From Bacilli bacterium (lineage in GTDB: Bacteria; Bacillota_I; Bacilli_A; RFN20; UBA1709), in the NCBI GenBank assembly GCA_034115825.1, contig JAXESU010000002.1, forward strand, positions 538,233-602,232: a stretch of DNA of 64,000 bases, given 5' to 3'. This document shows, in pieces, positions 8,040 to 16,232 of this stretch; the stretch's first letter is position 1; every line of letters starts with the position of its first letter. Both the position numbers and the translations under genes were made by a program. The notes under the pieces were generated by a model, which saw only the letters and a program-made list of their open reading frames with translations, ran no database searches and had not been told where the DNA came from.

Positions 8040-8657
8040 ATGTCTTTATTAGATGTTCGCAATCAAAATATTGAAAAAGTTACTAAAGAAGCTTTAAAGA
8101 TGTTTGTAAGTAAAGGAATAGAGAATAGTAAAGTAAGTGATATTGCTAAAAATTGTGATTTAGCAGAGCGCTCATTATTTCGATATTTTCCGACTAAAGC
8201 TGATTTAGTATTAGCGGCAGCAAAGTTGTTTTGGCATGAAATGGTTAAAAATTCATATAATGTATTAACTCAAATCGATAATTCTTTAGATGGTATTGAT
8301 CAACTATCAATTGTTGTCAAAACTTATGCCCATCAATTTTTTGATAATAAAGAAAAATTAATATTTGTTCAAGAAAGTGAAGTTTATTTATATCGATATA
8401 ATAAAGGAATATTAAATCCTGTTGATTTATTAAATAATCAAGATGCTCCTATGTATCAAGTGATACAAAAAGGAGTTAAAGATGGTTCAATAAAAAATCA
8501 AAATATTGAAGAATTATATCTAATAGTTTATGACAGTTTATTAGGGTTTATGCAAAAAATGGCTACAGGAATATATGCTAAATCACTAAGTAAAGCTGAA
8601 CAATTGCAATATTTAAATCTTTTTTGTGAAATGTTAGTTAATTCATTTAGAAAATAA
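8040..8657 (+). CDS. TetR/AcrR family transcriptional regulator
   Basis: N-terminal HTH: VSDIAKNCDLAERSLFRYFPTKADL. RBS AAAGGAG. Confidence 0.8.
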   Translation: MSLLDVRNQNIEKVTKEALKMFVSKGIENSKVSDIAKNCDLAERSLFRYFPTKADLVLAAAKLFWHEMVKNSYNVLTQIDNSLDGIDQLSIVVKTYAHQFFDNKEKLIFVQESEVYLYRYNKGILNPVDLLNNQDAPMYQVIQKGVKDGSIKNQNIEELYLIVYDSLLGFMQKMATGIYAKSLSKAEQLQYLNLFCEMLVNSFRK

Positions 8658-8670
8658 AGGAGAGGAAAAA

Positions 8671-10206
8671 ATGAATAATGTATATGATTGCATCATTATT
8701 GGTGGAGGTAATGGTGGACTTGCTAGTTGTGCCACATTAGCTAAAGAAGGTAAAAAAGTTATTTTATTTGAAAAACATAATATTCCCGGTGGATGTGGGA
8801 CAAGTTTTAGAAGGGGACGTTTTGAGTTTGAAGTTGCCCTACATCAATTAAGTAGTATGGGTACAAAAGAAAAACCAGGACCTTTAAGAGAACAATTTAG
8901 ACGTTATGGTATTGAAGATCAAATTGATTGGATTGAAATAAAAGAATTATTTAGAGTTAATTTTCCTGATGGAACTGGTGTTAGTTTACCTGCTGATAAA
9001 GAAAAATGTATTGATTTTTTAAGTAAAGAATTCCCTAATGAAAAAGAAAATATTAAACGTTATTTTGATGTTGTTTATAAGTTTTGTTTTGAAGCTAATG
9101 ATTTTGCAAGCAAAAGTGCTAAAAGTAGTAAAGAACCAAATGCCCTTAAAAAAGGTGTAATGAAATTTGCTTTCCCTAAAAAATATAAAACTTTAGCTAA
9201 TTATGGTCTAAAATCAACTCAAGAAGTTTTAGATGAATTTTTTAAAGATCAAAAATTACAATTAGCTTTAAGTGCATATTGGTGCTTTATGGGAGTTCCA
9301 CCTAAACGTTTCCCGTTTTCGATTTTAGCTAAATGTACGTGTTTTTATTTAGAAGATAAACCATTTTATTTAAAAGGAACATCAATGATGATGAACCAAG
9401 CTATTATGGATGCAAGTATTAAAATGGGGGCAACTGTTAAACTTAATTGTGGTGTTAAAAAGATTATCGTTAAAAATAATGAAGCTGTTGGAGTTGTTTT
9501 AGAAAATGGCGAAAAATATTATGCTAAAAAAATTATTTCTAATATTTCTCCATTACATACTTATGGAGCTTTGATGGATAAAGAAGATGTACCAGAAAGC
9601 GCTCGAGAATATTTAAAACCATATACAGTTGGTATTAGCGCATTAACATGTTTTATTGGTTTAGATTGTCCACCGAGTGAAATTGGTTTTAAAACATCAT
9701 TTACATTAAATTATAAGTCGATGGATGCTAACAATGATTTTAAAGATGCTTATAAATTATTACCGGAAAATGATCCACTTGTAGCTACTTGTTATACGGT
9801 TGATGATGAAAGTGTTTCACCAAAAGGAACGAGTGTTATTACAGCAGGTGTTTTAAAATATGCAACTGAATGGGAAAAATTAACAGCTGAACAATATTAT
9901 GAAGCTAAATATGAAGCTGGTAAACGAATCGTAGACCGACTTGAAGAAATGTATCCAGGATTTAAGAGTCATATTGAAGAAATGGAAATTGCTACTCCAT
10001 TAACTCATATGCGCTATTTAAACCATCCAGGAGGCGCAATTTATGGCTATGAACAAGACTTAAATCAATCAGTCTTTTTCTTTCCATCTGAAAGTAAAAT
10101 TAAAAATTTAGAATTTGCTAGTGGCTGGGTTAATGCTTGTGGATTTGGGCCTAACTATATGTATGCTGATAAAATTGCATTAAAAGTAGCAAAGGAGATT
10201 AAATAA
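8671..10206 (+). CDS. FAD-dependent oxidoreductase of the phytoene-desaturase / NAD(P)-FAD amine-oxidase-like family
   Basis: DCIIIGGGNGGLASCATLAKEGKKVILFEKHNIPGGCGTSF: dinucleotide-binding GxGxxG followed by the GG motif. Confidence 0.75.
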   Translation: MNNVYDCIIIGGGNGGLASCATLAKEGKKVILFEKHNIPGGCGTSFRRGRFEFEVALHQLSSMGTKEKPGPLREQFRRYGIEDQIDWIEIKELFRVNFPDGTGVSLPADKEKCIDFLSKEFPNEKENIKRYFDVVYKFCFEANDFASKSAKSSKEPNALKKGVMKFAFPKKYKTLANYGLKSTQEVLDEFFKDQKLQLALSAYWCFMGVPPKRFPFSILAKCTCFYLEDKPFYLKGTSMMMNQAIMDASIKMGATVKLNCGVKKIIVKNNEAVGVVLENGEKYYAKKIISNISPLHTYGALMDKEDVPESAREYLKPYTVGISALTCFIGLDCPPSEIGFKTSFTLNYKSMDANNDFKDAYKLLPENDPLVATCYTVDDESVSPKGTSVITAGVLKYATEWEKLTAEQYYEAKYEAGKRIVDRLEEMYPGFKSHIEEMEIATPLTHMRYLNHPGGAIYGYEQDLNQSVFFFPSESKIKNLEFASGWVNACGFGPNYMYADKIALKVAKEIK

Positions 10207-11369
10207 TGAAAAAGGGAATTAAAGAAACATTACTAGGAACACTAGTACATGGAAAAGAAGTTTTAAATAATATAGATGTCTTACGTAAAACAAGTAATGA
10301 TAAAATTGTTGAATATAATTTAGCTGATAATGTTATTAATAAATTACATCAAAAAGAATTACATTTAGTTGTTAATGAAATAATTGATACTCATAAAAAT
10401 GCTAAAATATTTCGTTTAGTAAGTGAAGATAATTACTTACCTCCTTTTGAAGCAGGGCAATATATTAATTTATTTGTTGAGATTGATGGAGTTTATACAT
10501 CTAGACCATATAGTATTTCTTCATCACCACTTCAAAGAGCTTATTATGAAGTTACTATTGCAAGAGTTAATGATGGATTTGTTTCTTCTTACTTTTTAGA
10601 TAAAGTTAAAGTAGGTGATAAATTAATTGCTAATGGTCCAAGTGGAGTATTTCATTATAATAAAGTATTTCATTCACCTAAAGCACTTTTTATTGCTGGT
10701 GGTAGTGGAATTACACCATTTATGTCAATGTTACGTGAAATTTTAAGCGCTAAACATGACCGTGATGTTGTTTTACTTTACGGTTGTCCAGAACTTAAAA
10801 ATGCCTTATATCATGATGAATTAACATATTTAAGTAAAACATATAATAACTTTAAATATCATTTAGTTTTATCAAATGAAGTTAATAAAGATTATGAGCA
10901 TGGATTTATTTCTAAAGAATTAATTACTAAATTAGTTAAAGATTATAATGAAAGAACTAGTTATATTTGTGGGCCACAAGTTATGAATGCTTTTGTCGAA
11001 AGTAATTTAAAAGAATTAAATGTACCACTTAAACAGATTCGAAGAGAAATGTTTTCATCAAATAAAAATGTTATTAAAGAAGAAGGTTTCCCTAAATCAT
11101 TAACGGGGGAAGAAGTATTTAATGTTAAAGTAAATGACCAAATGATAAAAGCTAAAGCAAATGAATCATTATTAGTTGCTTTAGAAAGAAACCATATTAG
11201 AGTTAATGTATGCTGCCGAAGTGGGGAATGTAGTTTATGTAGAGTAAAACTTGTTAAAGGTAAAGTATATTTAGCAAAAGGTATTTTACTACGTAAAGCT
11301 GATGAAAAATTTGGTTATATTCATTCTTGTAAAGCTTATCCATTAACTGATCTTGAAATTATGTTATAA
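10206..11369 (+). CDS. ferredoxin-NAD(P) reductase-type oxidoreductase with a C-terminal plant-type 2Fe-2S ferredoxin domain
   Basis: RPYSISS (FAD-binding RxYS), GGSGITPF (NAD-binding), CCRSGECSLCRV...C (2Fe-2S). Start overlaps the upstream stop. Confidence 0.75.
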   Translation: MKKGIKETLLGTLVHGKEVLNNIDVLRKTSNDKIVEYNLADNVINKLHQKELHLVVNEIIDTHKNAKIFRLVSEDNYLPPFEAGQYINLFVEIDGVYTSRPYSISSSPLQRAYYEVTIARVNDGFVSSYFLDKVKVGDKLIANGPSGVFHYNKVFHSPKALFIAGGSGITPFMSMLREILSAKHDRDVVLLYGCPELKNALYHDELTYLSKTYNNFKYHLVLSNEVNKDYEHGFISKELITKLVKDYNERTSYICGPQVMNAFVESNLKELNVPLKQIRREMFSSNKNVIKEEGFPKSLTGEEVFNVKVNDQMIKAKANESLLVALERNHIRVNVCCRSGECSLCRVKLVKGKVYLAKGILLRKADEKFGYIHSCKAYPLTDLEIML

Positions 11370-11399
11370 AGTAAGTGACAAGGTTCACTTACTTTTTTA
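11369..11399 (+). terminator. intrinsic terminator after the reductase gene
   Basis: AGTAAGTGA-caagg-TTCACTTACT followed by TTTTTT. Confidence 0.65.
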
Positions 11400-11400
11400 A

Positions 11401-11442
11401 TTGACAAAAATTAATAATCTTGATAAAATGAACATTGTTCAT
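11401..11442 (+). promoter_or_regulatory. promoter TTGACA-17-TAAAAT with a 15-bp perfect palindrome operator overlapping -10/+1
   Basis: TTGACA 11401-11406, TAAAAT 11424-11429, ATGAACATTGTTCAT at 11428-11442. Confidence 0.6.
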
Positions 11443-11457
11443 ATTGGTGGTGAGAAG

Positions 11458-12009
11458 ATGAATAAACAAGTTATTAGTAAAGAAAAAATTATTGAAATTA
11501 GTAAAGAAATGATTGCTCAAGATGGTTTTAATAGTATCAGTATTCGATCAATAGCCGAAAAAGGTAATGTTTCGATTGGGGTTATCTATAACTATTTTCA
11601 AAATAAAGATGAAATATTAATGGCAACAATCGAAGCCATTTTTAAAGAAATAGGTAAAGAATTATTACTTAATGATGATATTTCATTTATAAAGATGGTT
11701 AATGATATTTTTAATACTTTTAAAAATGGTAGTAATAAATATCCTAATTTTTTCTCCTTGCATACGTTAATGATTTCTTCAAATGAACGTCAAAAAGGAA
11801 GAGAAGTAATGAATGATTATTTTAAAGAATTAAAAAAACATTTATTAAAGTGTCTTAATAATGATTTAGATGTTAATCAGTCAATATTTAATAATCTAGA
11901 TAAAGAAAAGTATGTTGATTTTGTTTTTACTAATATTTTAAGTTTATTAATCAATCATGAAAATAATTGTGAAGTATTACTTTTTTCAATTAAACACACT
12001 ATTTATTAA
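11458..12009 (+). CDS. TetR family transcriptional regulator
   Basis: GGTGGTGAGAAG precedes ATG 11458. HTH: ISIRSIAEKGNVSIGVIYNYFQNKDE. The ORF-track start at 11401 would begin inside the promoter. Confidence 0.75.
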   Translation: MNKQVISKEKIIEISKEMIAQDGFNSISIRSIAEKGNVSIGVIYNYFQNKDEILMATIEAIFKEIGKELLLNDDISFIKMVNDIFNTFKNGSNKYPNFFSLHTLMISSNERQKGREVMNDYFKELKKHLLKCLNNDLDVNQSIFNNLDKEKYVDFVFTNILSLLINHENNCEVLLFSIKHTIY

Positions 12010-12028
12010 TGCTCATTGAGCATTTTTA
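12009..12028 (+). terminator. short hairpin plus T-run after the TetR gene (partial terminator/attenuator)
   Basis: ATGCTCA-tt-GAGCAT followed by TTTTT. Confidence 0.4.
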
Positions 12029-12040
12029 AATGAACAAATA

Positions 12041-12053
12041 TGAACAATGTTCA
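12041..12053 (+). promoter_or_regulatory. second copy of the TetR operator palindrome upstream of the membrane-protein gene
   Basis: TGAACAATGTTCA is a perfect 13-bp palindrome with the same half-sites as 11428-11442. It sits 25 nt before RBS AGGAGG / ATG 12078. Confidence 0.55.
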
Positions 12054-12077
12054 CTTTGCTTGATAGGAGGTATATAT

Positions 12078-12740
12078 ATGCAAGGAATTATTGAAACTAT
12101 TTTCGATGTTTGTTACCTTACATTAGTAATTAGTATTGGTATTTTAATGATCGTTAAAAGTAAAGGAAACAAACAATATTTATTATTTGGAATTATGGCT
12201 GTTACTCTAGGATTTGGTGATTCATTTCACCTTGTTCCAAGAATGATTGCTCTTTTAACTACTGGTTTAGATAGTTATACCAAAGCCTTAGGTATAGGTA
12301 AATTTATTACTTCAATTACGATGACTATTTTCTATGTAATTTTATATTATGTTTATCGATTACGTTATAAGGTAAAAGGTCAATTAACAACGACAATTTT
12401 AGTATATGGATTAGCGATAATTAGAATTATTTTATGTTTATTCCCACAAAATGAGTGGTTAAGTGCTTCTCAACCTTTAAGTTGGGGTATTTATCGAAAT
12501 ATTCCATTCGCTTTACTTGGTATCCTAATTATTGTGTTATTTTTTAGAGGAAGTCGTAAACATCAAGATAGTAACTTTAAATGGATGTATTTAACAATTG
12601 TTCTAAGTTTTGCCTTTTATCTTCCAGTTGTTTTATTTGCTGATGTTTATCCATTAATTGGAATGTTAATGATTCCTAAAACATGTGCTTATGTTTGGAC
12701 AGTATTAATTGGTTATTTTGATATGAAAGCAGTGAAGTAG
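12078..12740 (+). CDS. polytopic membrane protein (6-7 predicted TM helices), function unknown
   Basis: AGGAGG precedes ATG 12078 (MQGIIETIF...). The ORF-track ATG 12030 lacks an RBS and overlaps the operator. Confidence 0.6.
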   Translation: MQGIIETIFDVCYLTLVISIGILMIVKSKGNKQYLLFGIMAVTLGFGDSFHLVPRMIALLTTGLDSYTKALGIGKFITSITMTIFYVILYYVYRLRYKVKGQLTTTILVYGLAIIRIILCLFPQNEWLSASQPLSWGIYRNIPFALLGILIIVLFFRGSRKHQDSNFKWMYLTIVLSFAFYLPVVLFADVYPLIGMLMIPKTCAYVWTVLIGYFDMKAVK

Positions 12741-12741
12741 G

Positions 12742-13152
12742 ATGAAAAAATATTTTAAAATTGCCTTTATTTATTTAATTTTAGTCTTAGTTAGTGGTGT
12801 CTTTTATCGTGAATTTACAAAATTTAATCAATTTGATGGTAAAACAACTTTAGCAGTTACTCATTTACATTTCTTTGTTTTAGGTACATTATTTTTCTTG
12901 ATTTTAGCCTTAATAAATAATATTATTGATCTTCAACATCATAAATTATATAAGCCATTTATGATTTGTTATAATATAGGACTTCCATTAATGGTTATTA
13001 TGTTTTATGTAAGAGGTATTATTCAAGTCTTAGAAGTCAATATTTCTAGTTCTATTTCATCAATGATTTCAGGATTTGCAGGTATTGCTCATATTTTAGT
13101 TGGAGTATCATTAATTTTTATTTTTACTATTTTAATAAAAAAAGCAAAATAA
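12742..13152 (+). CDS. small membrane protein (4 TM helices), function unknown
   Basis: Hydrophobic throughout; start 2 nt after the upstream stop. Confidence 0.6.
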   Translation: MKKYFKIAFIYLILVLVSGVFYREFTKFNQFDGKTTLAVTHLHFFVLGTLFFLILALINNIIDLQHHKLYKPFMICYNIGLPLMVIMFYVRGIIQVLEVNISSSISSMISGFAGIAHILVGVSLIFIFTILIKKAK

Positions 13153-13216
13153 ACTCTTTTAAAAGGGTTTATTTTTTTGTATTTATGATAAAATAAAATT
13201 ATCGAGGTGAAGTTTT

Positions 13217-14206
13217 ATGAAAATTGGAATAATGGGTGCTGGTAAAATTGCTCATACAATGGCAAAGACAATTGTAAATATGCATGATAATAATATTATT
13301 TTAGAAGCAATTGGATCACGAAACATTCGAAAAGCTCAAGAATTTCAAAATCAATATAATATTAAAAAAGCATATGGAAGTTATTTGGATTTAGTTAATG
13401 ATAATGATTTAGATTTAATTTATATAGCGACACCTCACTCCGAGCATTTTAATAATGCTAATTTATGTTTGGACCATAATAAACATTGTTTAATCGAAAA
13501 ACCAATGTGCGTTAATTATAAAGAAGCAAAATATTTATTTGATAAAGCAAACCAAAAAGGACTATTATTAACTGAAGCAATTTGGACAAGATATATGCCA
13601 TCAGCCAAGTTTTTTAAGCAAATAATTGCATCACAAATTATTGGGGAAGTAAATAGTGTTGAAGCAAGTTTAGGATATAATTTAGTCAATGTTCCTCGAC
13701 TAAATGATCCTTATTTAGCCGGTGGAGCATTATTGGATGTTGGTATTTATCCACTGACATTTGCGTGTTTAGTTTTTAATTCATTACCGATTTTTGTCGA
13801 TGGCAATTGTGTTAAAACTAAAAACAATTTAGATGCAAGTGATAATATAACTTTAATTTTTGAAAATAATAAAATAGCCTGTTTACATGCAACAATGATT
13901 TCGAAAACTAGTCGAAAGGGTTTTATTTATGGTAGCAAAGGTTATTTAGTTGTTGATAACATTAATAATCCTTCTAAAGTAAGTCATTATGATAATGATG
14001 ATCATTTAATTAATGAACTTAGTTTCCCTAAACAAATAACTGGTTTTGAATATCAAATTTTAGAATGTTTCGATGCTATTAACAACAAACACCTTGAATG
14101 TCAAAGTGTTAAACAAATTGAAGTTTTAACAATTATGCAAACAATGGATACTCTAAGAAAAAAATGGGGAATTATTTATCCATTTGAAAAGGAGGAAGAT
14201 TTATGA
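13217..14206 (+). CDS. Gfo/Idh/MocA family NAD(P)-dependent oxidoreductase
   Basis: MKIGIMGAGKIAHTMAKT...EKPM. Confidence 0.8.
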   Translation: MKIGIMGAGKIAHTMAKTIVNMHDNNIILEAIGSRNIRKAQEFQNQYNIKKAYGSYLDLVNDNDLDLIYIATPHSEHFNNANLCLDHNKHCLIEKPMCVNYKEAKYLFDKANQKGLLLTEAIWTRYMPSAKFFKQIIASQIIGEVNSVEASLGYNLVNVPRLNDPYLAGGALLDVGIYPLTFACLVFNSLPIFVDGNCVKTKNNLDASDNITLIFENNKIACLHATMISKTSRKGFIYGSKGYLVVDNINNPSKVSHYDNDDHLINELSFPKQITGFEYQILECFDAINNKHLECQSVKQIEVLTIMQTMDTLRKKWGIIYPFEKEEDL

Positions 14207-14793
14207 TTATTACCGTAAGCCGAGAATTTGGGGCTTCAGGAAGAGAAGTTGCTAAACTTTTAGCAAAAGAATTAAATTATCAATATTTTGATAAAGAAAT
14301 TTTAAAGGAAACAAGTAAAGTAAGTGGATTATGTTTAGATTATTTAGATAAACAAGATGAGAAAAGTTTTAATAGTTTTTTATCTTCACTTATGTCATCA
14401 ACTAGTGCTATAAATGGCAAAGAATCAATGGAAGACATTATTTTAAAAGCTAATAAAGAAGCAATTATTAATATTGCTAATAAAGATAATGTTGTTATTG
14501 TTGGCCGTTGTGCTGATTATATTTTAAAAGATTATAGTAATGTACTACGTGTATTTATTGTTGCAAATGATGAATATCGTATTAGTCATGTTGCTAGTCG
14601 CGATAATTTAACTTTAATTGAAGCGAGTAAAAAAATCCGTAAAATGGATAAAATTAGAGCTAATTATTATCAAAATTATACTGATGCAACTTTTGGTGAT
14701 CCAAGTAATTATGATTTATGTTTAAATGTTGCTTCCTTAGGCAAAGAAAAGGTTGTTAAGATAATTAAAAAATTAGTCAAAGGAGAAGAATAA
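14203..14793 (+). CDS. cytidylate kinase-like family protein
   Basis: MIITVSREFGASGREVAKLLAKELNYQYFDKEIL; 4-nt overlap with the upstream gene. Confidence 0.75.
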   Translation: MIITVSREFGASGREVAKLLAKELNYQYFDKEILKETSKVSGLCLDYLDKQDEKSFNSFLSSLMSSTSAINGKESMEDIILKANKEAIINIANKDNVVIVGRCADYILKDYSNVLRVFIVANDEYRISHVASRDNLTLIEASKKIRKMDKIRANYYQNYTDATFGDPSNYDLCLNVASLGKEKVVKIIKKLVKGEE

Positions 14794-15566
14794 TGAAAAT
14801 AGGTTTTATAGGTTTTGGTAATATGGCGAGTGCCATTTGTGAAGGTTTAATTAAAAGTGGATTTAATAGCAATGATATTTATGCTTCAAGTCTACATTAT
14901 GATAAATTAATCCAAAGAACAAATAAATATCACATTAATCCTTTAAAAGATAATAATAGTGTTGCTAAAACTTGTGATGTTATTATTTTAGGAGTTAAGC
15001 CATTTCAAATGGAACAAGTTATTAATGAAATAAGTGATAATTTAAATAATCAATTAATTATTTCCATTGCTGCTAGTTTTACTTTTAATAGTTTAATTAA
15101 GTTATTTAATAAAAAAGTAAATCTTGTTGTAACAATTCCTTCAACTCCAATTGCTAGTTTAGAAGGAATAACTATTTGTGATCAAAAGACGAGTTTAACT
15201 AAGACACAATTAGAAACATTTCTTTCTTTATTCTCTAAAATGGGTTTAGTCGAGTTTGTTAGTGAAGATAAATTAGATATTGCATCAACATTAAGTGGAT
15301 GTGGACCAGCTTTTATTAGTATGGTAATTGAATCACTTAGTGATGCTGGAGTAAAACATGGATTAACTTATGAAGAAAGTTTTCGTTTAGTAAGTAAAAT
15401 GGTTTTAGGTAGTGCTAAAAAATGTTTAGAAACAAAAACTCATCCGGCTATTTTAAAAAATGAAGTATGTTCTCCTAAAGGAACGACAATTAAAGGTGTT
15501 GCAAAACTTGAAGAGTTAGGACTTAGAAATGCTTTTATTAAAGCGATAGATGAAATAGTTGGATAA
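14793..15566 (+). CDS. proC: pyrroline-5-carboxylate reductase
   Basis: MKIGFIGFGNMASAICEGL...ILGVKPFQ...GCGPAFI...SPKGTTIKGV. Confidence 0.85.
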   Translation: MKIGFIGFGNMASAICEGLIKSGFNSNDIYASSLHYDKLIQRTNKYHINPLKDNNSVAKTCDVIILGVKPFQMEQVINEISDNLNNQLIISIAASFTFNSLIKLFNKKVNLVVTIPSTPIASLEGITICDQKTSLTKTQLETFLSLFSKMGLVEFVSEDKLDIASTLSGCGPAFISMVIESLSDAGVKHGLTYEESFRLVSKMVLGSAKKCLETKTHPAILKNEVCSPKGTTIKGVAKLEELGLRNAFIKAIDEIVG

Positions 15567-15596
15567 AAAAGGAGTAAAATGCTCCTTTTATTTTTC
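15565..15596. terminator. bidirectional terminator between proC and the convergent TetR gene
   Basis: aaaaAAGGAG-taaaatg-CTCCTT-ttattttt. Confidence 0.6.
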
Positions 15597-16145
15597 AATT
15601 AATTTAATTGTTTTATCAATAAATTCATCAATATTAATATTATTATTTAACTTTTGTTGAATAAATAAGCCATCAGAAATAATAATCAATAGAGTCGATA
15701 AATATTTGGAATCAGTATATTTACTCGATAATTTATCAGCAATTAAATCGATAAATTGATTATAATGACGAATTAATTCTTTTCGTAAAATTAAATTATT
15801 TGTTGTTGCTTCTAAAAAAAGTTGAAGTCGACTATTAAGAGTTGAAATATTACGTTTAATAATATAAGAAATAGCACGATGAAGTGAAGTATCTTTACTT
15901 AAATCATCGATCCAATTAACAAAATCATTATATTGTTTATCTAAATCCTTATTTGCTATATCAATAATAATATCGTTTTTCGTTTTATAGTAATAATATA
16001 ATGTACCACATGAAATATTTGCTTCACTAGCTATTAATTTTAATGAGATACTATTTAAAGGACGATTTTCACATAGGTTGATTAAAGTATCTTGAATCAA
16101 TTCTTTGATATTTTCATTACGAATTTTTGCCATTTTCATCACCAA
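15588..16145 (-). CDS. TetR family transcriptional regulator, divergent from the glpA-like operon
   Basis: HTH: ISLKLIASEANISCGTLYYYYKTKND. The start may instead be ATG 16133 (MAKIRNEN). Confidence 0.75.
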   Translation of the reverse strand: MVMKMAKIRNENIKELIQDTLINLCENRPLNSISLKLIASEANISCGTLYYYYKTKNDIIIDIANKDLDKQYNDFVNWIDDLSKDTSLHRAISYIIKRNISTLNSRLQLFLEATTNNLILRKELIRHYNQFIDLIADKLSSKYTDSKYLSTLLIIISDGLFIQQKLNNNINIDEFIDKTIKLIEK

Positions 16146-16160
16146 TTTTATTATACTATA

Positions 16161-16218
16161 TTGACAATAAAAATAGTAGGTATTACTATTATATTAGATA
16201 GTCGGTCAAACAACCGAC
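16161..16218 (+). promoter_or_regulatory. candidate promoter plus an inverted-repeat operator for the glpA-like operon
   Basis: TTGACA 16161-16166, -10 TACTAT. Inverted repeat GTCGGT-caaaca-ACCGAC at 16201-16218, just upstream of RBS AAGGTGA. Confidence 0.4.
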
Positions 16219-16232
16219 AAGAAGGTGAAAAT

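Noticed and set aside
11401-11457. Upstream in-frame start for the second TetR (MTKINNLDKMNIVHIGGEK...)
   Set aside because: It would begin at the -35 hexamer of its own promoter; ATG 11458 follows a proper RBS.
16092-16232. N-terminal 47-codon extension of the GlpA-like ORF
   Set aside because: It would overlap the divergent TetR gene and promoter region, whereas ATG 16233 has a good RBS (AAGGTGA).
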